A DNA stretch of 64,000 bases from Octopus vulgaris (lineage: Eukaryota): assembly GCA_951406725.2 (NCBI GenBank), contig OX597823.1, positions 5,952,001 to 6,016,000 of the forward strand, read 5' to 3'. Below are positions 51,747 through 64,000 of this stretch, piece after piece. Within the stretch, counting starts at the first letter, position 1; the number at the start of each line of letters is the position of its first letter. The translations under genes and the position numbers were made by a program. The notes below the pieces were generated by a model. It was not told the DNA's origin, searched no databases, and saw only the letters and a program-made list of their open reading frames with translations.

Positions 51747-52979
51747 TATGTGTGTGTGTGTGTGTGTGCGTGCATTTGTGTCCTAATGACTCTGCATAGT
51801 GTGACAGCAGTAAAATGTCACCATCATACAACAAGTGTTGTTTGTTTCCAGTCTTCCATGAAAACATGTCTGGCCATGGGGAAATATTACTTTGCTTGGA
51901 AACAGGTGAAGGTTGGTGACAGGAAGAGCATCCAGACAGAAAATCTACCTCATTTTTATCTGACCAAACCAGAGGAGGATTATATGAGATTACATGTCTA
52001 TGTGTAATATATATATGCTCACGCTCAATGCATATATACACTGATGATGTAAACACACACACACACACATACATTCATCAACAAATACCATCACACACAC
52101 ACATACAGAGTTAAACGTGGGTTAACATATTTAATCTAGGGAACCAAAAGGAATTTTTAAATAACTGAAATTAAACAGTTATTAAAATAAGGAGGAAAAT
52201 CATTAACTTTCCTGACAATTTTTGTAAGGGAGACAAAACTGATGAAAAATGAAAAGGTTGGTAATGAGCATAGTGTGACAGCAGTAAAATGTCACCATCA
52301 TTTTGCTGTTTGGCATTTTAAAAACTTTTGGAGAATATTAGAAAATCATTATCAGGCGTGTATACAGACTCCTTCAAAATAAACACCAGGAAATATTTTC
52401 TTAGCAACTGATGCTATATATATATATATATATATATGCTCACGCTCAATGCATATATTGTTGATGGGCTTCACATAAGAACATTGCCATAAATGCACAC
52501 ACATATCTGGGAATATAGAACTATACACACAAACACACACATGCATACATCCAAACACAAACTTATACAAAACGATATTTATACATACATATGTGAATAC
52601 ATTATATACATACATATAATTATAAACATAGGTATTCTATATATATATATACACACTTTCTATAAATAGACATTCTATGTTTATAATTTCACATATGGAA
52701 CCATTGAAAATTCTCAATGTTGAGTTTGATATTAAGATAAACCCTGTCAAATAGAGTCATTATTTATTATCAATGGGTGAATATTTCCACATTTACGATT
52801 GAAAATCAGGTTAGCTTTCAACAGCTAGGTGGACTGAGGCCACGTTGAATAATGTAGAACAAGAAATGGCCAACTGGAGCAGATATGATACCATGGTCCA
52901 TGAAATGGTATTCCAAAACTTTCAACCCGCTCAGCTATTCTTTTCTATAGAGATCTATATAAAAGTGTGTGTATGAGTA

Positions 52980-53014
<35 letters not shown>

Positions 53015-53428
53015 CTTCGTTGTTTATATCATTATTTCAATGTTCATATCTCCATGCTTGCACAGATCAGAGGAACATGCAAAGGCAGACAGTCTTTGGC
53101 TCTTCCTGGCACAAACAATACAATGATCCAATGTATTTTCACAGAAGATTGCAAACAAATGACTTGTCTTGTTTAGAACTGCTGTACACTGTCAACAAAA
53201 AACAAAAAAAAAAACAAAGAAAAGACAGCAACAGGAACACATTGAATGCACTTCATTCCATTTCTCTCCACCAGATTTACTCACAAGGCTTTGGTTGGGT
53301 TAGTGCTGTAGTAGAAGACACTTGCTGGAGATGAGACAATTTCTCTGGCACCAGAGAGAAATCACTCATCTTTCTGAACACGACTGACAGAAATGCTTCC
53401 CTGTCCTCAAACACATAAAGAGAAATAT

Positions 53429-53479
<51 letters not shown>

Positions 53480-54509
53480 GAGCAGAGAGAGAGGAGAGCA
53501 TTAAAAGGAGAGAGACACTAAACTATCTGTTGTCATGTAAATTGCATCAGAGCGCAACACCAAAATGGTTTTTACCAAAATGTATCAAAATACCCCTGTA
53601 AGTAATCACTCAAGTCAAACCAGCATCTGGGACTAAATTGTTCTGGCCTGATACCGTGTACATTATGGTGGTGACCTGGCACCATGGTCAGCATGCTGGG
53701 CCAAATGCTTTGTGGAATTTCATTTGTCTTCACATTCTGAGCTCAAATTCTGCTGAGGTTGACTTTGCCTTTCATCTTTCCAAGGTCAATAAAATAAATA
53801 CCAGTTGGGCACTGGGGTTAATGTAATCAACTTAACTACTCCTCCATGTAGCTATGCCTTTACCTCAATTCACTTACAGAATAGCTTCAGTTTGTTCCAG
53901 AAGCATGCCATTAAACTGTGGCACCATGGGCTTATTGCTTGACACAAAATCCCTGCAGTAAATGAATGAATGAGTGTCAAAAGGAATCAGAATACCTGAC
54001 TTGTCTATTACTGACATCAATAGAAACCTGCTCAGTGTTGCTTCACATTGGTTAACTTTAAGAAGAGATCATCATCGTCATTTAATGTCCATTTTCCATG
54101 CTGGCATGGGTCAGATGGTTTGACAGGAGCTGGTAAGCCGAAGGGCTGCACTAGGCTCCTGTCATCTGTTTTGGTATGAAGTAATAACTGAGTATAGCAA
54201 AAAGCTGCACCGTTCTGCCAAGCCAAGTGGAGCCAGGGTGGTAGAGTAGGCTTATCAAACCAGTTGGATCTCAAGCTCAAATTCATGGCCTCCATGGAAG
54301 ACCATGTTTAGTGGAGAGAACATACTGAGGCCTTCATCCATGGGCAATCCAATCCAATGCATATATATTTAAAATGGGGGGGGGGGGCATTAAATTATAT
54401 TAAATGTGTGTAGGGGACGGGCATCATTGAAAAAGCGTTCGTAAAAGAAAAAAAATGGGAGGAGTTGAAAAGTTTAAGCAGCACTAAACTGGAGAATGGA
54501 TTTGAAGAA

Positions 54510-54948
54510 CCTGATTGTTACTAGCGCCACCTTACTGGCACTCGAGCCCCATGCTAGTAGAGTGTTAAGAGCACCATCTGAGTGTGATCATTGCCAGAGC
54601 GGCTATCTGGCCTCCATGCTGGTGGCACGTAAAAGGCACCATTTGAGCATGATCTTTACCAGCATCGCCTTATTGGCACCTGTGCCGGTGGCATGTGTAA
54701 AAGATTCGAGTGAGGTCATTGCCAGTACTGCCTGACTGGCCCCCATGCCGGTGGCACATAAAAAGCACCCATTACACTCTCGGAATGGCTGGTGTTAGGA
54801 AGGGCATCCAGCTGTAGAAATTTTGCCTGGTCAGACTCTGGAGCCTGGTGCAGCCATCTGGTTTGCCAGACCTCAGTCAAATCGTCCAACCCATGCTGGC
54901 ATGGAAAGCGGACGTTAAACGATGATGACGATGATGGTGATGATGATG
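54510..54948 (+). repeat. SINE family C
   Basis: Same subrepeats and tail as 17015-17312. Confidence 0.8.
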
Positions 54949-55664
54949 CGGATGTGTTGTGTGAATAGATTTGGTTGTGGTTGATTGTAGGAACCACAAG
55001 ACAGAAGATGTAATAGATAGCAGTGTTGCCACCCTCAATGAACATCCACCCACCTATCCACTGATCTATCTGGCAAATAACACAACAGCACAGCTATAGC
55101 AAAGACAAACACAACAGCAACATCATCATCAACAACCTACAAAACAACTGCACGGACTCATGAAATGCCGTTTCTTCTTTTGTTTTTCTTTAATTCTTTT
55201 TACTTGTTTCAGTTTCTGACAGCCGCCATTATTGTTTTTTGTCCCATGATGATGATGTATTTCGCAAAGAACAGATTACCGTGAGTTTTAGGTTAAACCA
55301 ACAGAAGAATATCCACAACCAAAACACTGGCAGCCAATTGATTTGTCTTTTGTTTCATTTCTTTATTTTTCAATCACAACTTTTAAAGGAATTAAGGTTA
55401 TAAATCGTTTCTAAAGTTTGAAAATAGTTGAAGGATTATTTATCTTGACATTTAAATGCACAACTGTCTTGTAATTCCTCCAGTGCCTTCCTTAGCGCTA
55501 CCACCAATATTTTGTATATAAACAAAGTCTATGTTGATAACACTTTCAAGTAAACAGCGAACGTGAAATACCCTTGAAACGAAGAATTTGTAGTTGAGTG
55601 TTTTTCTTAGAAGAAGAGGAAGAGAAAATGAAGGAACTCTGCCAAGAAATCAGAATCAACAAGT

Positions 55665-56891
55665 AATCCTTTCTACTTTTGGCACAAGGCCTGAAACTTT
55701 GGGGGAAGGGGGGGCAGTCAATTATATCACTCCCCCCCCCCCCCCCAGTGCGTAACAGGTACTCCTTTTATTGACCTTCACAACATTTGAACTCAGAATG
55801 TAAAAACGGATGAAACACTAAGCATCATGTCCAGTACACAGAAGCTTCTGCCAGCTCTCTGCCTTAGAATTAACAAATAATAATTATAATAATCCTTTCT
55901 TATTTCTTTATTATGCACAAGAGGCTAAACATGGAGGGGACAAACAAGGACAGACAAACGGATTAAGTCGATTACATCGACCCCAGTGCATAACTGGTAT
56001 TTAATTTATCGACCCTGAAAGGATAAAAAGCAAAGTCGACCTCGGCGGAATTTGAACTCAGAACGTAAAGGCAGACGATATACTGCTAAGCATTTCGCCC
56101 GGTGTGCTAACCATTCTGCTAGCAGCTCACCACCTTAAATAATCCTTTCTGCTCTAGGCACAAGGTCTGAAATATTGGAGGAGGGGGCACTAATCAATTA
56201 CATCGACCCCAGTTCTTATTTCATTGACCCTGAAAGGATGAAAGGCAAAGTTGATATTGACAGCATTTGAACTCAGAATGTAGACGGACAAAATACCGCT
56301 AACCATTCTGCCAGCTCACAGCCTTAATGATGATGATGATGATAATAATAATAATAATAATAATAATAATATAAATAATAATAATGATAATGATCTCAAA
56401 TTTTTTCCACAAGGGCAACTTGGGGGAGGGGATTAAGTCGATTACATTGACCCTAGTGTGTAACTGGTACTTATTTTATAGACTTCAAAAGAGTGAAAGG
56501 CAAAGTCAACCTCAGCGGAATTTGAACTCAGAACATAGTGGCAGATGTAATAAACACTAAGCATTTCGCCTGGCATGCTAATGATTCTGCCTGCTTACCG
56601 CCTTAATAATAATAATAATAATAGTAGTAGTAGTAGCGGTTTCAAATTTTGGCACAATGCCAGCAATTTCTGGGGAGGGCATAAGTCAATTACACTGAGC
56701 CCAGTGTTTCACTGGTATTTATTAATTTATTGACCCAGAAGGATGAAAGGTAAAGTTGACCTCAGTGGAGTTTGAACTCAGAACATAGAGACAGAGGAAA
56801 TGCTGTTAAGCACTTTGCCCAGCATGCTAATGATTTTGCTCATGACCCCTTGATAATAATAATAATAATAATAATAATGATAATAATAATG

Positions 56892-56922
<31 letters not shown>

Positions 56923-57445
56923 TGATAATAATAATTATAATGATAATAATAATAATAATAGTAATAATAATAATAATAATTATTATTATTATAATGGTTT
57001 CAAATTTTGGTACAAGGCCAGCAATTTTGGGGAGGATGTTAAGTCAATTACATTGACCCCAGTGTTAAACTGGTACTTATTTTATTGACCCCAAAGGATG
57101 AAAGGCAAAGTCAACCTCAGCAGAATTTGAATTCAGAATGTAAAGACAGAGACGAAACAACCCTAAACATTTCGCCCCATGTGCTAACAATTCGGATAGC
57201 TTATCACAATAATAATAATGATGATAATGATAATAATAAGACACAAGGCCTGGAATTTGGAGGAGGTGGGGGTCGTCAATTACATCAATCCCTGTACGCA
57301 ACTGGTACCTAATTTATCAACCTCGCAAGGATGAAAGGCAAAGTCGACCTTGGCAGAATTTGAACTCAGAATGTAGCGGCAGATGAAATACTGCTAAGCA
57401 TTTCACCTGGCGTGCTAACGATTCTGCCAGCTCGCTGCCTTTTAA
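55665..57445 (-). repeat. Tandem cluster of SINE family B (about 7 copies)
   Basis: Repeated reverse-complement units separated by (AAT)n. Confidence 0.85.
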
Positions 57446-57460
57446 TAATAATCATGATAA

Positions 57461-57519
<59 letters not shown>

Positions 57520-57598
57520 TTAGGTCTTCATGCATGTTGGTGATTATTATTATTGTTATTATTATTATTATTATTATTATTCAATAAAAATAAAACTA

Positions 57599-57633
<35 letters not shown>

Positions 57634-58040
57634 TAATAATAATCACCAACATGCATGAAGGCCTAATTTTATTTGTTACTTCTGAGAGTATCTTTTTGTT
57701 ATTTTTCCTTAGCTGCACCCCCATCCTCTGCCTATACCCAGGAATAACAAAAAAAAAAAACAAACTAAAAACTTAAAGAAAACAACCCAGATATGTAGAA
57801 TTCACTTAAATAACAAGTGCAGAAGAATTTAGTCTGCGACAAATGATGTTGGAACCAGATGGAATAGAAAGATTGGAAGAAGAACAGCAAAAATTCAAGT
57901 TACACTAATACAATGGAAAAGAGATTCTGACAAACTACAGAACATAGAACCATCACATTTATTATCTGTGCCATCGTCAATATTATTTTTATTATTATTA
58001 ATACTATTATTATTGTTGCTGTTGTTGTTGTTATTATAAT

Positions 58041-58610
58041 TAAGGTTGTGAGCAGGCAGGATTGTTAGCACAGCAGGTAAAATGCTTGCCTTTCATCCTT
58101 TCGGGGTCGATAAATTAAGTACCAGTTACGCTCTGGGGTCGATATAATCGACTTAATACCTATGTCTGTCCTTGTTTGTCCCCTCTATGTTTAGCCCCTT
58201 GTGGGTAATAAAGAAATAGGTAAAATGCCTAGTGGTATTTCGTCCGTCTTTACGTTCTGAGTTCAAATTCTTTCGGGGTCGATAAATTAAATACCAGTAA
58301 AACACTGGGGTCAATGTAAATCACTAGTCCCCCTCCCCCAAAGTTTCAGGCCTTGTGCCTTTACTAGAAAGGATTGTTGTTGTTGTTGTTAAAGGTGGAA
58401 AGCTGGCAGAATCATTAGCATGCCAAGCAAAATGCTTAGCAGCATATTGTTGGTCTTTACATTATGGGTTCAAATTCTGCTGGGGTCATCCTTGCCATTC
58501 ATTCTTTTGGGGGTCAATAAATTAAGTACCCAGTTGAACACTAGGGATGATATAATCAACTAGTTCCCTTTCTCAAAATTTCAGGCCTTGTGCCTTTGGT
58601 AGAAAGGATT
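58041..58610 (+). repeat. Cluster of SINE family B (about 3 nested or tandem copies)
   Basis: Forward-orientation units. Confidence 0.8.
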
Positions 58611-58634
58611 TTCATCATCATCATTATTATCAAG

Positions 58635-59054
58635 GTGCCAGTACCCCCAGATTGGCTCCTGTGGCGGTGGCATGTATAAATCACCATCTGAACATGGTTG
58701 ATGCCCGGTCCACCTGACTGGCTCCCATGCTGGTGGCCTGTAAAAAGCACCAACCGATCATGGCCAATGCCAGTATCCCCAACTGGCTCTTGTGCCAGTG
58801 GCACGTAAAAAGCACCATCAAAACATGATTGATGCCAGGCCCGCCTGACTGGCTCCTGTGCCAGTGGCACATAAAAAGCACCCACTACACTCTTGGAGTG
58901 GTTGGCATTAGGAAGGGCATCCAGCTGTAGAAACATTGCCAGATCAGATTGGAGCCTGGTGCAGCGGCTGGCTCTCCAGACCTCAGTCAAACTGTCCAAC
59001 CCATGCCAGCATGGAAAGTGGACGTTAAACAATGATGATGATGATGATGATGAT
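58635..59054 (+). repeat. SINE family C with expanded internal subrepeats
   Basis: At least 4 gtggcacgtaaaaagcacc-type units. Confidence 0.8.
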
Positions 59055-59254
59055 GTAGAAGAATCATTAGTGTCAGGCAAAATACTTGGCAGCATTTTTT
59101 CTGACCCTTTATGTTCTGAGTTCAGATTCTGCTGAGGTCAGCTTGATATAAGGACCAGTTGAGAACTGAGGGAAAGGGGATGTATCTCCCCACCACCCAT
59201 AAATTTCTGGCTTCTGTACCAACAGTAAAAAGAATTATTATTATTATTATCATT

Positions 59255-59675
59255 AGGCACAGGAGTGGCTGTGTGGTAAGTAGCTTGCTTACCAACTACA
59301 TGGTTCCGGGTTCAGTCCCACTGCGTGACACCTTAGGTAAGTGTCTTCTACCATAGCCTTGGACTGACCAAAGCCTTGTGAGGGGATTTGGTAGACAGAA
59401 ACTGAAAGAAGCCCATCACATATATGTATGTGTGTGTTTGTGTGTGTGTGTATGTGTGCGTGTGTGTGTGTATGTGTTAGTGTGTCTGTGTTTGTCTCCC
59501 CACCACCACTTGACAACCAATGCTGGTGTGTTTATGTCCCCATAACTTAGCGGTTCAGCAAAAGAGGCTGATAGAATAAATACTAGGCTTACAAAGAATA
59601 AGTCCTGGGGGTCGATTTGCTCGACTAAAGGCAGTGCTCCAGCATGGCTGCAGTCAAATGACTGAAACAAGTAAA
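59255..59675 (+). repeat. SINE family A
   Basis: Full-length copy. Confidence 0.85.
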
Positions 59676-60139
59676 TGAAAAAAATATCACATCATCATCA
59701 TTCTTCTTATTAATATCATTCTCGTTATTGTTGTTGTAACCATTTTCCTAATTCTCTGATTATATTTGAGACATTATTGTTTCAGCATGAACACAAAACA
59801 AAGTAAATAGTGTGGAGAAAGAAGCTTTGCTTAGAAAAACATTAGCACTGACAAGAAATTAGGTTAGAAATATATTTCAAAGCCTTCCCTGCCAGCATCC
59901 ACAGAACAGACAGGACTCTTTACTTTCTTTCCTTAACCGAATTAGCCAAACATAAACACACACACACCTCCGCCCCCCCCCCTCCACCATGTTTGGCAAA
60001 AGGTGATTAGATAAGAAACCCAGATTTTGGAGTCTGCAGGGTGTGGTTTTATATCGTTTCATAAGAATTACATCAACATTATGTCCTGAAGCCATCACAC
60101 AAGTTGAAAAACAACGACCAGTCAGTGATAAAGAGAAAA

Positions 60140-60536
60140 AAATTGACCTTCAAAACCTGATATTAAAACCAAAGATGGTTTACGGCATGAAAGAAATCAC
60201 TTCAAACGTGCTAAAATAATAGTGCTTTATCTCTACGAAGGACAGAAGCAGAAGGTTTACGTAAAATTAATTTTAAAGATATCATTGAACACTTTGCAAT
60301 AAAAAAAAAAACAAAGGGGAAAACTTTTCATATATAAATAAGATGGAAGCAAACAAAAATAAATATCATTTTCTATCTTTCTGTGAATTTTTTGTTTCAT
60401 TTTGAAAACTGAAAATTTATTTCATGGTTTATTATTTTGAATTATTTCTATTTACATTTTGAACCATTTACATATATTTGAGGGCCCCGAAACTGTTTAA
60501 GTGCTTAGGGCCTCTATGGATCTTAATGCAGCCCTG
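60140..60536 (+). mobile_element. hAT 3' end (dimerisation-domain tail plus TIR)
   Basis: Encodes ...EAEGLRKINFKDIIEHFAIKK; ends cagccctg. Confidence 0.7.
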
Positions 60537-60744
60537 GTGGAGTATATTAAGCAGGTGGTAACTCAAGAAAAACGTGATGTATTCAATGGATTCTTTTGGC
60601 AGCCATCTTAGCAGGCAAGCAAATTGCGCAGGTGTAGAAAATGGTGTCACATAAACTACAACACATATTGGTATGTATATATTCCACGAGATTAAGGAGT
60701 AAATATATACCTCAACACACACAAATATACACTAAACCACCAAA

Positions 60745-61090
60745 GTAAGACCCATAGAGGCCCTAAGCACTTGAAAGGTTTTGGTGCCCTCAAGTATATG
60801 TAAATGGTTCTAAATGTAAACAAAAATGATTCAAAATGTAAACGATGATAAACCATAAAATAAATTTCTTATTTTTCAAAATGAAACAGAATTCCCAGTA
60901 AGATGGAAAATAATGTTTCTTTTGGTTTGCTTCCATTTTATTTATATTTGAAAAGTTTTCTTGCAAAGTGTTCGATGATATCCTTAAAATTAATTTCACG
61001 CAAAACTTCTGCTTCCATACTTGGTAGAGATAAGGCATTATTATTTTAGCAAGTTTGAAGTGATTTCTTTTGTGCCGTAAACCATTTTCA
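60745..61090 (-). mobile_element. Second, inverted copy of the same hAT 3' end
   Basis: Diverged reverse complement of about 60175-60523. Confidence 0.75.
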
Positions 61091-62197
61091 TTTCTGTGGT
61101 GCCCCTGTCCCTTGATGCCCTAAGCACATGCTTATTCTGTTTAATGGGTTAATCCAGCACTGTACAAAGTAAAGTACTGGTCAGGCACTGGGGGTCTATG
61201 TAGTTGCCTTACCACCACCTCTTAAAATCGCTGGCCTTATGCCAAAATTAAAAACAATTACTATTAAGAAAGGAGAAAAAAATGTATACAGTGCTTAGGT
61301 GTACAACAATTGTTCGAATAAAACCAGGTGTTCGTTAAAAGAGAGGAACTGATGCTGAGGAATAAATTGCATACTGACAAGGTGTTTTAGTGTCTTTGTG
61401 TTGATGGCATTTAGTCATTTGATGTACTTAGGTTGACTTGCACAACATGGTTATGTTGATTCAGTCAATAATAATAAGGGTTTGGCACAACCAGCAGTTT
61501 TTGAGGGGAGGGGGAAGGTGATTATATTGATCTCAGTATTTGATTGGTCGTTATTTTATTGACTACAAAAGGATGAAATTGACCTTGGTGGAATTTGAAC
61601 TCAAAACATTAAGAAAGGTGAAATGCACTGATTTAGTCCCAAGAAATGAGGGAAGAGAAATAGTCTACACCCTTGACCCCAATACATGACTGGTATTTTA
61701 TTTTATTGAACCCCTCCCTCCGAATGATGAATGTTTAAGGTTGGCCAAGGTGGAATTTGAACTCAGAACACACTGCTTCAACATTTCTACCGATCTACCA
61801 ACTAAAAGTAATTTGGACTAAAGCTGTAATGAGTAATGATGAAAGAGTACCAAAACTAATGAAGGAGCCTCTACATAGTCATTCAACTTGCTAGTAATAG
61901 CAACCAAATCTCTCTCAAACATATAATAATCTACCATCTTTAAAAATGGAAGAATACATGTGGTAAAGCATTTTAAATACATTGTGTCTAACAAAACCAC
62001 AGGATGGTCACCGCTGGAACGTCTTTGCTCAACCAAGGTCACTGGGCATGAAAAGAGGAAACTGTGACTTTGTTTTTGATCTTTTTTCCCCCTTTTTTTT
62101 CACTAATTGGTTAGGGAATGAAACTACATTTGACCAGAGCAGAGTTAAACAACCACCAAGACATCTAAAAGAGGAATAAAAGTCTGTTGGTTCTTAC

Positions 62198-62246
62198 CTT
62201 GCCAAAAGTAACTTCCAGGTGAACCAATTAATAATTTTACACCATT
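62198..62246 (-). CDS. Integrin alpha exon (blade 3): NGVKLLIGSPGSYFWQ(G)
   Basis: ccttttcag acceptor, gtaaga donor, 49 nt, phase 0-1; G(S/A)PGSYxWQG motif. Confidence 0.93.
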
Positions 62247-62294
62247 CTGAAAAGGTGGGGAAAAATAAAATAAACATTAAAAAATTAGAACATG

Positions 62295-62349
<55 letters not shown>

Positions 62350-62683
62350 TAATAATAATAATAATAATTCTGTTGTGTTTGGGGAGAGTCATTTTGTTTT
62401 TGTGCCTTAACAGAATATGCTTCAACACACGAACTCATATAAAGAATCTTGCAAACTAAATCCAAAAACGAAAAATAATAATAATAATAATAATAATTCT
62501 GTTGTGTTTGGGGAGAGTCATTTTGTTTTTGTGCCTTAACAGAATATGCTTCAACACACGAACTCATATAAAGAATCTTGCAAACCAAATCCAAAAACGA
62601 AAAATAATAATGATGATGATGATGATGATGATGATAACAACAACAATGAAAGGTAAAATACTTCATTGACATGGCCTGGCTCT

Positions 62684-63070
62684 AGGTGCAGGCATGGCTA
62701 TGTGGTTAAGAAGCTTGTTTTGAAACCATGTGGTTTTGGTTTCAGTCCCATTGTGTAGTACCTTGGGTTAGTGTCTTCAACTATAGCCCTGGCCTGACCA
62801 ATAATACCTTGTGGGTGAATTTAGTAGGCAGAAACTCTGTGTGTGTGTGTGTGTGTGTGTGCCTCTTTGTTTGTCTTCCCACTGCAGCTGTCAGGTTGTA
62901 GTGGTTTGTTTACATTTTCTATAACTTAGCAGTTTGGCAAAAGACACCAACAGAATGAGTGCCAGACTTTAAAAATTAGTAGTGGGGTTGATTTCTGCAA
63001 CTAAACCCTTCAAAGTAGTGCTCCGGCATGGCTGCAGTTTAGTGACTGCAACAAGCGAAAGATAAAAGAT
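62684..63070 (+). repeat. SINE family A (diverged)
   Basis: Same architecture as the other family A copies. Confidence 0.75.
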
Positions 63071-63860
63071 ACTTCAAGGGAGAAAATGAATATTGATTAT
63101 ATGGTTAAACCATGACACAACCGATATGCTTGTAGGTTCAATCTCAGGAAAGGGCAGAGTGGGCAAGTATCTTCTGCTGTAGTCTTGGCTTTGCCTAAAC
63201 TTCAAAAGTGAAAATAGATTGATGGGAATTATGAGGAAATTGATCATTAAATTGACTGGAATTGTCCCTGAGACTCAGATATAACCTATCGATCAGTTTA
63301 ACACCATCACCTGGTTCTTTGATACCTTTAGCATGTTTCAAACATGTCCATTAAATCTGAGGAAAATTTCATATTTGGGAGTAAATGAAGACCCATCCTC
63401 CACGGCAGAAGTGTTAAGGCTCCCCCACCCCCACTGGCAAAGAGGGTTGACTTGCAAGAGTCCTTTACCAATGTCATGTGGAAAGCACTCAAGCTAGCAC
63501 CATCCAAAAGCACTTGGGCTGGTGCCATGTTAAAAGCACCTAGCACACACTGTAAAGTGGTTGGCATTAGGAAGGGCATCTGGCTGTAGAAACCAAGCCA
63601 AAATCTAGCTGTAGAAATCTGGTGCAACTCCCTGGCTTGTCAGCTCTGGTTGAACTGTTCAACCCATGCCAGCATGGAAAACAGATGTTAAAGGATGATA
63701 ATGATGGTGAGCCAAGTGTACATATGTGTGTGTAAATGGATGTAGCCAGATATGTGTATATGTAAATGATTGTAGTTATGTTTGTACATGTATGTCTAAA
63801 GTATGCAGCTACGTATGTATATGTAAATGTGTGTTATCATGTATATATATATATATATAT

Positions 63861-64000
63861 AGGCGCAGGAGTGGCTGTGTAGTAAGTAGCTTGCTTGCCA
63901 ACCACATGGTTCCGGGTTCAGTCCCACTGCGTGGCATCTTGGGCAAGTGTCTTTTACTATAGCCTCGGGCCGACCAAAGCCTTGTGAGTGGATTTGGTAG
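63861..64000 (+). repeat. SINE family A head (cut by window end)
   Basis: aggcgcaggagtggctgtg...ggttcagtcccactgc. Confidence 0.85.

Larger units (their letters stand above)
831..62246 (-). other. Integrin alpha subunit gene (PS2/PAT-2/alphaV-like), partial: 15 coding exons, 404 aa; continues beyond both window edges
   Basis: Spliced exons give one open frame: NGVKLLIGSPGSYFWQG-QIH...DDMYMG-YATAVGEFNGDDIQDYVVSAP...FGEYFGSAIEAEDLNGDKLDDIIVGAP...GRFGWAFAKLKDINFDGYNDFATSAPYGG...FGYSLSGGMDLDGNGYTDLLVGSY...ARPVV...RDKLTP. It has FG-GAP repeats with D/ExD/NxDG loops and thigh-domain motifs, and all junctions are GT-AG with matching phases. Confidence 0.96.

Noticed and set aside
55665-58610. CRISPR-like repeat-spacer appearance of the SINE arrays
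   Set aside because: Units are about 200-bp diverged SINEs separated by microsatellites in eukaryotic DNA; no cas genes
63326-63356. Candidate next upstream integrin exon (tcctcag...gtatc)
   Set aside because: All three frames contain stops and none resembles the expected CQxGFS blade-3 sequence
33-63962. Most ORF-track entries (YIYI, HTHT, poly-I/V/H/S and recurring CHAVGLNPEPCGW or LDALPNANH peptides)
   Set aside because: They are translations of microsatellites and of SINE families A, B and C, not genes

Overview
AT-rich, repeat-saturated eukaryotic DNA. The SINE/LINE repertoire and the (AT)n/(ATT)n/(ATC)n microsatellites look like an octopus or other coleoid genome; this is an inference. 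The whole window lies inside one minus-strand gene, an integrin alpha subunit of the RGD-binding PS2/PAT-2/alphaV-alpha5-alpha8 type. I could read 15 GT-AG exons (62246 down to 831). They splice in frame into 404 codons covering beta-propeller blades 3-7 (FG-GAP/Ca2+ loops) and the thigh domain; both gene ends lie outside the window. Almost all ORF-track entries are microsatellite or SINE noise. The introns contain a young 5'-truncated CR1/L2-group LINE with a TSD, a DD37D (maT) Tc1/mariner derivative, Hero, CR1 and RTE LINE remnants, hAT remnants and MITEs, a piggyBac-type MITE and dozens of SINEs. The least expected signal is a set of at least eight type I hammerhead-ribozyme-like motifs (CUGANGA/UUGAAAA ... 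GAAA ... UH) in mostly unrelated sequence contexts. They sit mainly in Penelope-pLTR-like pieces and foldback inverted repeats next to microsatellites, and most are sense to the integrin pre-mRNA. All folds were paired by eye; nothing was computed or searched.
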